The translations under genes were made by a program, and so were the position numbers. A stretch of DNA of 64,000 nt from Hormiphora californensis (Eukaryota; Animalia; Ctenophora). Shown here one piece after another: positions 1-17,245 of this stretch. How positions within the stretch are numbered: the stretch's first letter is position 1; the number at the start of each line of letters is the position of its first letter. The stretch is taken from positions 1,302,001-1,366,000 of the forward strand of contig CM035353.1 in NCBI GenBank assembly GCA_020137815.1, read 5' to 3'. A model generated the notes under the pieces. That model was not told where the DNA came from. It did no database searches and was given only the letters and a program-made list of their open reading frames with translations.

Positions 1-329
1 TTTTGTTCTACAGTAACAACACACTTATGATATATCATCACTTCATGCGCTCTTCATTGATATTCTTATACTTTCACATGCTTCCCCCAAATTATCCTCT
101 TTCAAATACATAAGTATAGTTACGACGTGGGTGCCGATGAGTCGTAGTCAAAGATGTTTGTGGACAGTGGATTGTTTTGTAAGGGACCTCTACGGAGCTC
201 GTCTCGCACCCTCCCTCGTTATTCTCTCACTCCTATTATCTCGAAAGACTTGGTATGCTGCTATGTCGCTGCAAAATTAATCTTTGATTTTATTGGCACT
301 ATACGTTAGCAGTACACACTATATCAGCA

Positions 330-636
330 TCTCTCTATTAACCCTCTCTGTTAACCCTCTCTATTTACTAGTCATGACTCTCTCTCTCTATTAACCCTCT
401 CTATTAACCCTCTCTGTTAACCCTCTCTGTTAACCCTCTCTGTTAACCCTTTCTATTTACTAGTTATGACTCTCTCTATTAACCCTCTCTATTAACCCTC
501 TCTATTAACCCTCTCTCTATTTACTAGTCATGACTCTCTCTACTAACCCTCTCTATTAACTAGTCACATGACTCTCTCTCTGTTAACCCTCTCTGTTAAC
601 CCTCTCTATTTACTAGTCATGCAGACTCTCTATTAA
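330..636. repeat. Degenerate minisatellite (CTCTCTRTTAACC / TTTACTAGTCATGA units)
   Basis: Directly visible tandem units. Confidence 0.85.
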
Positions 637-1729
637 CGATCTGTTATATTTCTCCAGCTGCTTGTTTCACTGATACAGTCTCGACTGATACGTAATAACC
701 CTATTAGCTACTGCACATGTGTACAGTACAGCTATCAGCTATCTTCTGTTTTCCTGGCTCCACTATAAATTACACTTTTTATATCCGGCCACTTTCTGTC
801 TTTATTCCGTCTCTCTCTATCTTGTCCACGTTGACGTGAACCAGGCGTGCATGCAGTTGTCTCGACGGGTCACGCCCCCCCCCCCCTCGCTGTAAATTAT
901 ATAGAACCTGTGGAGCCGTGAAATCAGCTGTCCCAGTTCTTGTGGTACTGAATGTGTGGAGAGAAGAGAGAAGAGAGTGTGTGTGTGTATGTGAGAGAGA
1001 GACAAAGAGAGAGAGAGAGATAGAGACACAGCTATAGAAGAGAGAGAGAGAGAGAGAATGCTATTCACGTTTTTTATATGGAAAGCTCTAAATTAGGGCG
1101 CCCTACTAGCAGCATGTGTTCTATTTGAGGTTCAGTTCAGCCAATTGAGCTACGACGCGGAGATTCCTTATTCTAAATGTGAGAAATTGTCAGTATGACA
1201 TGCTAAAATACTAGTTCTTCACTCGACAATTCACGCATAATTAATATTGTTCCCATTACTATATAAACTATATATAATGGCCTACTTGACAACAGTTTCA
1301 ATAATTCGTGTTCCCAGGGACCCCTTCCAAGTTCCCCGCCCGATTCCTATCCCACACACTGAGATAGTCTTGACCTGTGAAGAGAGAGAGAGAGAGGCGA
1401 AATGAGTTCAATACTGGTACCTATCTGGAGGCTGCAGAGCAATTGAACTAGTCGAGAAACGAGATATTTTGTACATCATAGTCCATACACTCATGCCTCT
1501 ATAATACTTTGCACACAACTATATTTGTCTCAAGTTTGCTAACCATGCATGTTTCTTTGCCTGAATTGTCAATATCTCTTCCCTCTCATACCTATTTCTG
1601 AAGTTTCATACACTTTGCATGATCTGTCAAGATTTCAGTAGCTCCTAAATCTAATAGTAAGTTGATTCCTTTGCGTTGATTGTTGTTTCAATTCCCACTC
1701 CCATGTGCAGGCAATGTTCATCAGCGACC

Positions 1730-5656
<3,927 letters not shown>

Positions 5657-7380
5657 GTAATAGACATGTCACACATAACCATAACATATCACAAATAACA
5701 TGTCACACATAACCATAAAATATCACACATAGCATGTCACACAGTTCACCTAATGGAGTTTTTAACTAAACGGTATCACATACACACATACACAACAACG
5801 GGCCACATGTTTCACCGCCATGAGTTTGAATTCAGTGAAAGTTGTTTGAGATGTGGAATGGGTTCCCCTAGTTGAGTTTGAATTCAGTGATATAGTTGTT
5901 TGAGATGTGGGATGGGTTTTTGGGTACCAGCTTTCTCCAAGGAAATAATATGCGGCGAAAAATTTTGTTCCAAAATAACAGCGCCGCGAGCTAAAATTAT
6001 CCGTAATTTCTGTCATACAATGCAAGTCAATAAAATTACAAAATTATAAATGTTGTTGTCCAACAAAATTCACGGAAATTCAGCTCACGCGATCTCTGTT
6101 TGTTGTTTACTGTTTGTAATCTCTAACTCTCTCCTTTCCATTGGGAGGATGGTTCATGACGAATGGTAATTGTTCAATATTCTTACCCAGCTTCTGGTTA
6201 TCACCCAGTCACAATATGTGTGGTAAATGTCTAGGTAGATAGATCAGGAAGCTGGTAAATGTGATTGTTGTTAAACTGCAGCATGCCACTCATTTAGAGT
6301 TGTTGAACTGCAGTATGCCACTCATTTAGAGTTGTTGAACTGCAGCTATACCACTCATTTGGAGAGCGATATATCGTTTGAACGTGGGTATTGAGTGCAC
6401 TGTGTGTGGTACCAATTGTGTAGTATCACGGTCTGCACTTACGGTGGCTTGTTACACCCAAGTAGAGAGGGCGGGGGAGAGGTAGAGAGGGAGAGGGGGA
6501 AAGAGGGAGTTTCAGGAGAGAGGTAGAGGAACAAATAGAGAGGTAGAAAGAGAAGGAGAGAGAAAGAGAACGGGAAATGGGGAAGGGGAGGTTACTAACC
6601 AGTAAACATCTGATTACATACACGCTCTGAACATCGACTACCACTTAGTACCACTACTGCAGTTCACTGATCAGATCAAGTGCTGCAGTAACTGGGTAGT
6701 TAAACGAGATCAGAAAACAGGGATCTCGTTTAGTATCTCGTTTAGTATCTCGTTTAGTATCTCTTATATTATTTGAAGCTACTCCGCCGTGCTCACCTTG
6801 CATTGTGTATTGTGTGTATCGCGACAACAATGGCTCGGCATGAGTGTGTGTGTCTGCACTTGAATAGTCAACTTTTCAACTCTTGTATAGCTAACAAACA
6901 ATGTGGTTGGCCCCAAGCAGATGCGCTTTGGAAATTTCCATATTTATCATTCTGCACCTTCTCTCTCTCTCTTTCCCCTAATGTTGCATAGATGGTTTGA
7001 AAAGCTCATTAAGCTTTTAACAGCACTCTGATATGTCTCTATTGTCGACTGCAAGAGGGGGAGAGGACCAGCTTGAGGTGAGGGTATCTCTCTCTCTTCC
7101 TCCCTCTCTCCCTCTCATGAAGTTGGGAAGTTTTAAAAAGTATTTTCCCGCATTCCATTCTGAATTGCAATACCAACATTCTCTCTCCTCTGTATCTCCT
7201 ATATCTCCTATATCTTTCTATCAATCTGCTCCTTTGTGAAGCCTGGTTGTGCTGTAACTATATAACAGTTGACTAAAAGATTTCGATGTTTCCCTAAGAA
7301 ATGGGTCATGTGATGAGTCTCCCTCCATACTGTCTGGCGAGACTATAGCTCTTGATATCTTGGAAGATGGAGCTTGTTAT

Positions 7381-7463
7381 TGGTCCCTGATTGGCTGATA
7401 ACCAGTCACGTGACCTAGATAACGAGTTCTGATTGGTTGTTTACTTGTTTCGGTCGGTTCCTG
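7381..7463. mobile_element. Truncated hAT MITE copy
   Basis: Matches the right part of 62597-62705; flanked by a 24-bp duplication. Confidence 0.85.
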
Positions 7464-7619
7464 CTTGGAAGATGGAGCTTGTTATTGTTTTTGTCTAGGT
7501 TCACAGAACCACGTGAGATGGTTGTTAGAGTTACCCCCCCCCCTAGTACAAGATCGACCTGAGAGCGTGTTATGTAGATCGTGTGCTTGCAAGGATTTAA
7601 TGAGAAGAATAATGGAAGA

Positions 7620-7671
<52 letters not shown>

Positions 7672-8480
7672 ATGATTACGACACTGAATGATATTGTGTA
7701 CCATCGTTGCAGGATCAGTCAAGTGACACTGTTGATTACTAAGTTCTAGATGCGTATATATTGTCCGCGGGATAGTACTTTCATGTCAGTAATGTTTATA
7801 AGCTTGTGTCGCCAGTACAGGTTATATTGTCCTTCCCATCAACATACATGGACACTTTGCACATAAATATTAGGCTTTATTTATCACAATGATTTGTGAC
7901 AATTTATGACACTCTTCCATTCATTTAGAATGAAACTATGTTTACTATAATAACTCTCTGGTTATCCAAACTGGGCAGAATATTTAGCGATTATTTAAGA
8001 GCAGATTGTCTATTTGGCAAACGGCAAGTAACACTCGATGGACTCCTATGTCAATGTGGTTCTCCTTAATGATCTTCTATTGCCGTCTAAATGACCTATA
8101 GGAAGTCAGTTAAGAGTCTTCCTCTCTTTTCCCCTCCCAAAATGTCTCTCTTCCCTCATCTCTTTTTACCCATTATTGTCTTTAGTCATGTACTTTTTTT
8201 TCCTGCTCTTGTCATCTTTATGTTCTACGTATGCTTTCTTTCTCTATTGCATTTATTATGTCTCTTTTATACTCTCTGTATCTCTCTGCTTTTCTTTCTG
8301 CTCTCTCTGTATCTTGTCTTCTTTACAGCATGCTTCTCTTTTCTCTCATGTTAGCATTTTCTTCTCTGTATGTTGTTCCTCTCATTCTCTCTGTCATGTC
8401 TCTTACTGTCTCTGGCTATCTCTTTTCTCTCTCTCTCTCTTCTCTGTCTCTCTCACTTCTTCTCTCTCTTCTCTCTCTGG

Positions 8481-9390
8481 GGAACCCCCCAAACCCCGGG
8501 GACAGCGGGGGGGGAAAAGGGGGGGGGGGGGGAAAAACCAAAAAAAAAACCCAAAAAAAAAAAAAAAAAAAAAGGGGGGGGGGGGGGCCCCCCCAAAAAA
8601 AAACCCCCCCCCCCCCCCCCCCAAAAAAACCCCCCCCAAAAAAAAAAAAAAACCCCCCCCCCCCCAAAAAAAAAAACCCCAAAAAAAAAACTCCCCCTTA
8701 CGGGGGGGAAATTTTAAAAAAAAAAAAATTTTTTTTTCCCCCCTTTCCCCTTCTTCTTTTTTCTTTTTCTCTCCCCCCCTTTCTCTTCCCTCTCCTTTTT
8801 TTTCCCCTTCTCTTTCCTTCCTCTCCCCCCCCCCCAAAAAAGGGGGCCATTAAAAAGGGGGAAATTTGAGTCTCCTTTGCCCCACCCCCCAAAGTACGCA
8901 TATGAAAACGTTTTGGAAGGGGAAAAGGATGAGAGAGGGGAGAGGAGAGAGGAGGGGGGGGAAAAGAAACCTATATTTTCCTTGGTCGATCATTTCCCCC
9001 AAGCGGGAGGGGAGAGGAGAGAAAAGAAAAAAGGGGGGAAGAGGGACCAGAAGAAAGAAAGTTAAAAAAAAAAACCCCTTCTTTTTTTCCTTTTTTTTCC
9101 CCCGCCTTTCTCTCTCTCTTCCTTCCCCTTCTCTTCTCTCTTCTTTTCCTCTTCTCCCCTTTTTTTTCCCCACTTTTTCTTGGGAAAACCCAAAGACCTT
9201 TTTTCCGAAATAAACCACATGGACGAAAAAAAAAGGGTAAAATACCCGAACGTGAAAAAGTAATTATTAGAATTATAATTTTTGTTTGCAAGCTTTTAAA
9301 TCATATCCGGAACGAGATCAAATGTTTATAATAACATTGGGTTTTCCCGCGGCTTAAAATTAGAGTTCTCTTTTTTCTATATTTTTGGGA
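8481..9390. other. Low-quality homopolymer-smeared sequence (also ~17400-18020, ~20154-21800, ~45700-48590)
   Basis: Consecutive long A/C/G/T runs typical of dephased reads; ORFs here are poly-K/P/G/F. Confidence 0.75.
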
Positions 9391-9489
9391 AAATTGCCTA
9401 AAAGATAGCGTCACCCTCTGGAGACGGTTATTGGTTTTTGGGCCAATTTGTCACAGTAGCTTGAGCTGTCACTTTGGAATTTTGTGTAT

Positions 9490-9588
9490 AGAGGCAAGGA
9501 GTGCATCTCATACGTTGTATCTAGAGGGAAGGAGTGCATCTCATACGTTGTATCTAGAGGGAAGGAGTGCATCTCATACGTTGTATCT
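9490..9588. repeat. 30-bp tandem repeat x3
   Basis: AGAGGGAAGGAGTGCATCTCATACGTTGTATCT-like units. Confidence 0.85.
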
Positions 9589-10170
9589 TCAAGGGACAAA
9601 GAGGACTCTTGTTGGCTCCTTTTGTTCTATTGTATTCAACACTTAGATCTAGGTCTACTGTCTAGTAGTCTGTTCTTCATCTCTCGATCATACAGCTAGA
9701 GTTGTTACGTTAGATGTTTCGTTTATTTGCTATCCAGCCGGGATATATCTTGTTCAGATATTTTGAATCTCTCTCTGATTGTTGATAATCAGCCACTCCC
9801 ACTCATTATTTCCCTCCCACACAACTAGATGTGTGTGTGTGTGTGTGTGTGATGACGCTTAACTAGGATGCAGCTCCTACCGTGGGATAGCTGTTGTAGT
9901 TGTAATACAGCTTGTATCGGCTGCTTTTAAAGGCTGCTTTTAAAAGTGTTGTATTTTGTTGCAGATTCCTGCCCCCCCCCCACATGTTACACCACCCCCG
10001 GCTACCCAACCCCTCTACCTATGAATTCACACCCCCCCCCCCTTTTTGAATTCACACTACCCCACGAAGTTTCAACCCAAATTCCGTCTTAATTTGTTCT
10101 CTTTGTACCTCTGAGCTAATAAATCTCTCCCTCTGAAGTAGTTTAATACGGAAGTACACCTCTCCCCCCC

Positions 10171-10291
<121 letters not shown>

Positions 10292-12316
10292 CCATCTCTC
10301 TCCCCCATCTCCCTGCTTAGTTTGACAGGGCCGCTATTGTAGGAAGTAAGAGAGAGAGAGAGATAGCTCTCTGGAAGGTGCACCTCACATATTACCTAGT
10401 TTAATGATGCCTCTAGTGGTTGGGACACCTTGTCCTCTTTTGTTACCATGGAAACACGTACCATGTCACGTGCATCATGTCACGTGACCAATCTGTATTT
10501 CATGTGTACTGTACTTCCGCACACCAGCAGTTATACCCCACTCCCCGTACAATTGCTTCTTTTGTCCAGCTTGTGTGTGTGTGGTATTAGTTTCCCCAGC
10601 AGATAATTACCCTGTAGTACAGCTGTAGTTTCCCCAGCTGTAATTACTGCACCATATAATGGGGCCCACCACCACCATGATACAACCCGGCAATCCAATC
10701 TTTGCAGTGCTACTCTGATCATATACTTTGTTTTCTGGGAGGCCCAGGATCACCTGGTAGTGAAATTACCCCTCCGCAAAAGCTCACTGGTCTTGTTGCT
10801 TTCTGGGTGGTCCAGGACTTGGCCTTGTTGATATGTGACGTTTTGTTTGAAGCTATATGACTGGGATGTATTACCACAATTACCGGTGCCGACATGTCTA
10901 ACCACCACCATCACATGACACCCCAATCTTTGTGCCATGTGTGGACCCTATCACGCGGACAGACAAATACAATACACACGTTATACAAGCTGTGATCGAG
11001 TCTTGAGGCAATCAGGGAGGGTATCTGGTGATCGCTTTTATTCGACTTTCTCATTCACAATTCATCGTTGCCCCCATAGTTCACTCCTCATTCATGTTGC
11101 GCATGATTCCCTATCTAATTCCAGACCAAATGTGTGGCTTTTCCGCATTTGATTGGGTGTTGGCCGTTGCAGGTATGCATAACACTCTTATATCTCTCTC
11201 TCTCTTTCTCTCTATCTCTCTTTCTCTCACCTTCCCCATCTCGCCGGATATTTTCCCACGACAGTCCTACACACTTGTGCGTGCAGGGACAACTGCATTA
11301 GTGTGATGTTTTTCCCAGTAAGATTTGCTCTTGAAGGAATGAGATCCTGCTGCAGCCACCCTGTATATGATCTTGTACTGTCATATTCCTCCGCTGCTGT
11401 CCTCCTCGTTATTAATTAGACATCCCCTCTCCCAATAAACGGTAGGTGACTGTTACAGTTACAGTAGTAATCTTCCTACTACTAAGGGATGTAATAGACA
11501 CGGCTCCTTTTCTCCCTCTCTCTCTCCAGCCCCCTCTCTCCTCTCTCCAACCCCCTCTCCGGCCCCCCCTCTCTCTGCCCCCCTCTCCGCCCCCTTCCTC
11601 TCTCCAGCCTCCGCATCCTGTCTAATGTTTTGTAGCGGCTGGCGTAGTACTGTTGTTTCACTGCACCACACGGATTACCCCTGCACACTTGTGTATACTT
11701 GCTGTGTAGTGTTGTTGTTGTTGTTGTAAGCGCCTCCGCTTCCGGTCCTCTACTTGAGATTTTATCCCGTCCGGCAGCCAGTTCCTCACGCCCGAGATGG
11801 ACGGAGCTCAGGTTCCAGAGTTTCCTCTTTCCCCCGGGAGAGTATTCTTCCTCCGTCTTATGTCTATGGATTTAGAGATAAGGGTGGAATCGTCTCCCAT
11901 AACTGTCTTGACAGGTCTCATGAAGAGGGCCGCACCAGCACTGTTTTCACATTGTGCCAGTCTCGGATATCTTCAGCGACCTCTGGTGAGTGGTATCTCA
12001 GCATTGGTCGTTTTCGATGTGGCCTTGGCTAGGACAATTCGGACGCTCCATTGACTATGGCACCTTTATAGATTTTGCGCTGCCAACCTCTGATTTGTAA
12101 TCAGTACTCCATGGGGGTTCATGGAACATCACTTTTTGTTCATGATGCAGATGCAGCGTCCGGCCGTTCATGGGGTAATTAGGGCAGGTTCCTTCCCAAA
12201 ACGGAACTCTGGCGTGTAGAAAGTTTAGAGGTTTCGGTATCTATGTGCGTCACTCATAGAAATTTGTTGTATAGTGTGGGATGGTGGTTTGAAATATGGA
12301 GGGTTATTATGGAGGG

Positions 12317-13836
12317 TTATCTGAACAGTTTGCTTTTGTGTATTAATTGGGTGAATTTGTTCCAGTCAAGGTTCTCGTCTCCATAGATTTCCTCAACTAC
12401 ATTTTGGTAGTTTAGTCTGTATCTAACCTCATCAAGTCTGGGGCAATATATGATGACATGTTCTGAGTTCTCTTTCGCGTTGCAGAGGTCGCATTTTGGG
12501 TTAATTTTTGAATCTTGGTGATGTTGGGAGGCCGCGAGGTTGTTTTGGCCCGAGATTGCTAGTGTTAGTTCTCTGAGCAGTCTTTTATCAGTGACCTTTA
12601 TGGGATTTTGTATTAGCTCTGTTACTATGGCGGTTGTGAATCTGTTGTATTTCTTGTTTATCAGGTTCGTCGTATTTCTTGTTTTTAGATATTCTTTGAT
12701 CTTGTTTTTGATCTGGGAGGTATTTAATCCTATGTCATTTTGAGTACTTGGGCTCGCTGCCGCTGCTTCTTTTGCCAGTTTGTCTGCTTTTTCATTTCCT
12801 GCGATGTTGGCGTGGGCTTTGACTTTTTCTATTGTTAATGTGTTTAATCTTTGGAGTTCGTGTAATTTTGATATTGTTCTGGTTAGTTGTTTGGAACAAC
12901 TTAACTTCCCAAAAATTCTGTTTATCGTTGTTTGGGAGTCTGACTTAATTATTATGTTATGATTGGTAATATTTTTGTTGAGGAGGTGGTCGGCTACTAT
13001 TTCGATAGCCTTGAGTTCGGCTTGGTTAATAGTGTTTTCTGGTGCCAGGGGATATTTGAGTTCGCATACCTCTTCGGGGAAGTATATTGCTGCGCCTGCT
13101 CCCGTAATTTGCTTGTAAGGTTTTTTGGTTTTGATTACTGATCCATCGGTGTATGCCACTATTTCTTTCCATTGGGGGTAAGAGATTCCTTGGATCACGT
13201 TAATTGGGACTGGAGCTGAGTTGTCTATATTTCCTGTGGTTATTCCTATCTCTTGTAGTAGTTTTGTCATCTCTTTCGCGTGGGTAGGGAAGGCTCTCTT
13301 TCCATGGTTCTGATCGGGGAGCCATCTGTTGTTTGTTAATAGGTGGAGAAATTCTGCTACTAGAGTCTTTATGATGTGGTTATCTGCTGGGGCTGTCCCT
13401 GCCAAGGTGTGCATTACTATGGGTTGAGTTTTGCTGTGTGCACCTGTAATGATTCTTAGCGCATGGTTTTGGGCAGCTTGGACTTTTTCGTATAATGCTT
13501 TGTTGTTTAGTAATCGATGTCCCCATAATGTTGCCGCATATGTGAGCTGGGGCATGATTAGCTGATTGTGTATGAATCGTGCTTTAGCAATGTTCATTCC
13601 CCAGTGCTGGGCGAAGTTTCTTCTTAGTGGTCCTGCGATAGCTTTCATCGCTGCTATTTTTGTGTTGACGTGTTTTTTGTAGCTTAGGTGTGAGTCTAGT
13701 ATGACTCCTAGGTAAGTAGCTTCTGTTTTGATAGGATAGTCTGTTCCTTGTACTGTTATTTTTTTGAGTTTGTGTTTTTGGGTGGGGTTGTGGAATACTA
13801 CTATGTTGGTTTTGGTTTCGCTAAGTTTTAGGCCTT
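12317..13836 (-). pseudogene. LINE ORF2 C-terminal part: RT thumb, RNase H, Cys/His finger
   Basis: GLKLSETKT, YLGVILD; RNase H motifs YTDGS, AELKAI, SDS, KAHANIAGNEKADKLAK; CDLC...EHVIIYC. In frame with the upstream part (KWAIGQ-GLKLS) once the MITE and one TSD are removed. Confidence 0.92.
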
Positions 13837-14628
13837 TAGTAGAGTCGATAACTACATCGACCTCTCCCAATTGTTCCAGTTTTTGTCACATCTGTTTGGA
13901 GCCTCGACACGACCTCTAAACAGGTGTTACTTTTTCACAAACTGTTTTCATCTTGGTGTAATCAGCAGTTGAAATGTTGCTGATCACAACAAAAACCTAA
14001 CTATTTTTTTTCAACTTGGGGTAAAACCATGGGTGTCAAAAGTTAGCTCTAAGTCCCCTGAGTAACCATCCGGAGACTCTAAGAGATATTTCAAGCCGTT
14101 CTCCCGTAATCATTAATCCCGGTAAAGAGAAAAACACAATGCGGACGTACGTGAGCGCTGGCAGGCTGTTTACATGTTATTGTATGTCTCTCACTCTCTC
14201 TGGAAAAACCGCACGTGCGGTTGCGCCGCGCGAGATAACTCTTTCTCAAGGGGGAGAAAAGAGAGAGACGCACATTAACGTTATACATTAAAGTTGAGGT
14301 TGTAGGCAATTGCACGTACGCCCATACTCAAATATGTGCTCTACCGGGAAAATGATTACAGGAGAACGGCTTGAAATATCTCTTAGAGTCTCCGGATGGT
14401 TACTCAGGGGACTTAGAGCTAACTTTTGACACCCATGGTTTTACCCCAAGTTGAAAAAAAATAGTTAGGTTTTTGTTATGATCAGCAACATTTCAACTGC
14501 TGATTACACCAAGATGAAAACAGTTTGTGAAAAAGTAACACCTGTTTAGAGGTCGTGTCGAGGCTCCAAACAGATGTGACAAAAACTGGAACAATTGGGA
14601 GAGGTCGATGTAGTTATCGACTCTACTA
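13837..14628. mobile_element. 792-bp non-autonomous TIR element (Academ-like) inserted in the LINE RT
   Basis: TAGTAGAGTCG...CGACTCTACTA termini, ~280-290-bp near-perfect TIRs, 3-bp TSD CTT (13834-13836 and 14629-14631). TAG...CTA ends with 3-4-bp TSDs are, as I recall, typical of Academ. Confidence 0.85.
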
Positions 14629-17245
14629 CTTGTCCTATTGCCCATTTCTTTATGATGTCGATTTGATTTTCTACGAAGTTTTTCATTGTGTATTTCAGGT
14701 CTAAACCTGTGATGATAATTGCTATGTCATCTGCGTATATGATGATTGCGTTTTTCCTTATTTTGGGTATTTTTAGGAGTGATTCTATGCAAAGGTTCCA
14801 TAGGAGAGGAGATAGTATGCCTCCTTGAGGAATGCCTCTCTCTATTTTCCATGTAATTCTTTCACCACCATGAGAGAGAATTATGTATCTGTTTCTGAGA
14901 CATGTTGAGATCCAGTTGCAAATTATTTCCGGTATATCTGAGTCGTCTAGTCCTTTTTCTAACGCATGGAAATGTACCCGGTCGAAAGCTCCTTCGATGT
15001 CGAGAAAAGCTCCTAGAGCATACTGACTGTTTGCCATTGAGTCTTCTATTTTGTTTGATAGTTCGTTTGCTGCCGTAATTGTGGATTTCCCACTTATAAA
15101 TCCATGTTGGTTTTTGAAGAGTTTAGCGTTTATGTTCCTTTCTTCCTGGAGATAGATGAGAATTGTCCGTTCCATAAGTTTTAGTACGTGGGATGTTAGG
15201 CTTATGATGCGGTAGCTCTTCGCTTGTGTGTAATCTTTTTTACCGGGTTTTGCGATGATGATCCCCTTGCACATGGACCATGCCTCCGGGATATGGTTGT
15301 ATTGTAGTGATTGTTGCATAATGTCTTTAAGCGGCTGTTTTAGAAGGTTCCATCCCATTGTGATCATTTCATTTCTTATATCGTCTGGTCCTGGGCTTTT
15401 CGCCTTTTTGAGAGCTTTCATTGCTTTTTCTAGGAATTTATCAGTGATAATCTCTTCTGCTTTGACTTTTGTGGTTTTGGTTTGGGGGTGGTTCTTTTTC
15501 CTTTCTTCCCTTGGGACATGTGTCCTTCCCATTGTTTTGAGGACTTCTTGAGGTTCGGAGGTTAGTGTGCCTTCGTTGTTTATGTCGGCCAGTCGTTCTG
15601 CTGCTTTATTACCATATTTGCATCGTTTGGCCGCTTCTTTGTTTGTTGTTATGTTGGAGGCTTCTTCTTTCCATCTCCTTTCTTCTTCGTCGAGTATTTC
15701 ATTTTTGAGGTTGCCTTTGAGTCTGCTGATCTGGTGTCTGATTTCCGTCGTTTTGTTTTTCATTTTCTTTAGTTGTTTTATTTCTTCTTTTAGTTTGGTC
15801 GCTTCCGGGCTCCAGCATGACCGTCTGAAGTGTGTGGTTACAGTGTCTGGAGTAGTTTCATTGAAGGCTTCTATAATTGCCTTGGCAATGATTCCGTAGT
15901 GACCCTCTAGTTTTTTTTTGGTTGTTGCTTTGTTGTAGGTGTTTAATTTGTACGTTATTGTTGCAAGTTTGTTCTGTAGGACTAGCGCGTATTGTTCTTT
16001 GTCCGTGTTTTTCGGAAGTTTTGTTCTGGTTACTGATACGTTTCCAAGGTTTAGTTTGCATATTAGTTTTTCGTGGTCGGATAGATCTGTTTCTTTCATT
16101 TCCCACTCTTTGACTAGACCGTGTGCCTTGTGGTTGGTTAGTGTGAGGTCGATTATAGATTTCCCTGTTGTACAGTTGTAGGTTGGCTTGTCTCCCTTGT
16201 TTTCGATGTATAGTTGGTTGTTTCTTATGAAATTTTCAACATCTTTTCCTCTGGCGTTTGTGATTCTGTCATGCCATAGCGTGTGGCGGCCGTTAAAATC
16301 TCCGACGATAATCCAATACCACTCTTTTTCTTCTACTAGCTTTGCAGTGTTATCTAGTTTGGTTGCTGTATCTGTTGATGGCTTAGATTTTCCTCCGTCA
16401 GGCGGGAGATATATCGATGTGATTATTATCGGTTTGTCGTCGGCAAATTTATATCTTATGCTGACTATCTCTTCATTAGAGAGGCCGTCGAGCTGGACGA
16501 TGTTTTTGCTTAGTTCCATATGTGTGATTATGCAGGCTTTTGGTTTACATCCTCTTTTGGAGTAGCATATAGCACCTCTTGGTAGGGATTTTGGCTTGTG
16601 AGATTTTTTGTCGCCTGTGTATGGTTCCTGGAGGGCTAATATGGTATTTAGCTTCAGGTCGTCCATTATGTCTCTTGTTGCTCCGAGCTCGTTGTGGAGG
16701 TTTTGGTGGATAATGTTAGTGAGGAAGGCGTTTGATCTGTTTGTTGGTTGGGTTTTTGTGGATGTTTGTTTGTTGGTAGCGAAGGTTGATGATGGTTTGT
16801 TACCATCATCGTTTGGGGAGGAAACGCCATTTGGGAATCTCCTACGCTTCTCATGGACTTTTGCAGAGGCGTAGGTAGTAGCGAGGCTACTGGTTTGTGT
16901 AGTTACTCCCTGTTGGGCTACGGAATTACCCCTTGAGTTTATCCCGACCTCGGCGTGGGAATTCTGCCGAGAGTCGGTGGGAGCTAGGCTCCCGGTTTGA
17001 GTAGTCCTGAGGACTACTATTGGGCCAGTTGAGATTTGACCGCCTTCAGCCTGGGCTTTTGCTGAGGGGCGGTTTGTAGCTGCGCTACAGTTTGGGGTAG
17101 GGTGGTCGAGGGTTGACTTGGGAGACTGCTGTTGCTGTTGTTCTTCCCATGTGTTGCAATGCTGATTGCATACAAGAGTATCTGATTCTGGCTGGTTGGC
17201 TGTCTCGTTTATCTGTTTCTTGTGGTTTCGCCTTCTTCTCCCCAT
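14629..17245 (-). pseudogene. LINE ORF2 N-terminal part: ~175-aa low-complexity extension, APE endonuclease, RT
   Basis: APE motifs: HQNLH, ALQEPY, SIYLPP, GDFNGRH, IDLTL, SDH. RT motifs: KSPGPDDI, KPGKKDYTQAKSYRIISL, FLDIEGAFD, GIPQGGILSPLLW, YADD. Confidence 0.93.

Noticed and set aside
8481-9390. Poly-K/P/G ORFs and G-quadruplex-like runs
   Set aside because: Pattern fits homopolymer-smeared low-quality reads, not biology.
10600-11172. Possible membrane-protein exon or TGA-recoded frame ending at CAG|GTATGC
   Set aside because: No continuous frame; TAA and TAG also interrupt; no recognisable domain.
13837-13870. ORF start MGEVDVVIDSTK as a separate RNase H gene
   Set aside because: The start lies in the MITE TIR; the frame is the continuation of LINE ORF2.
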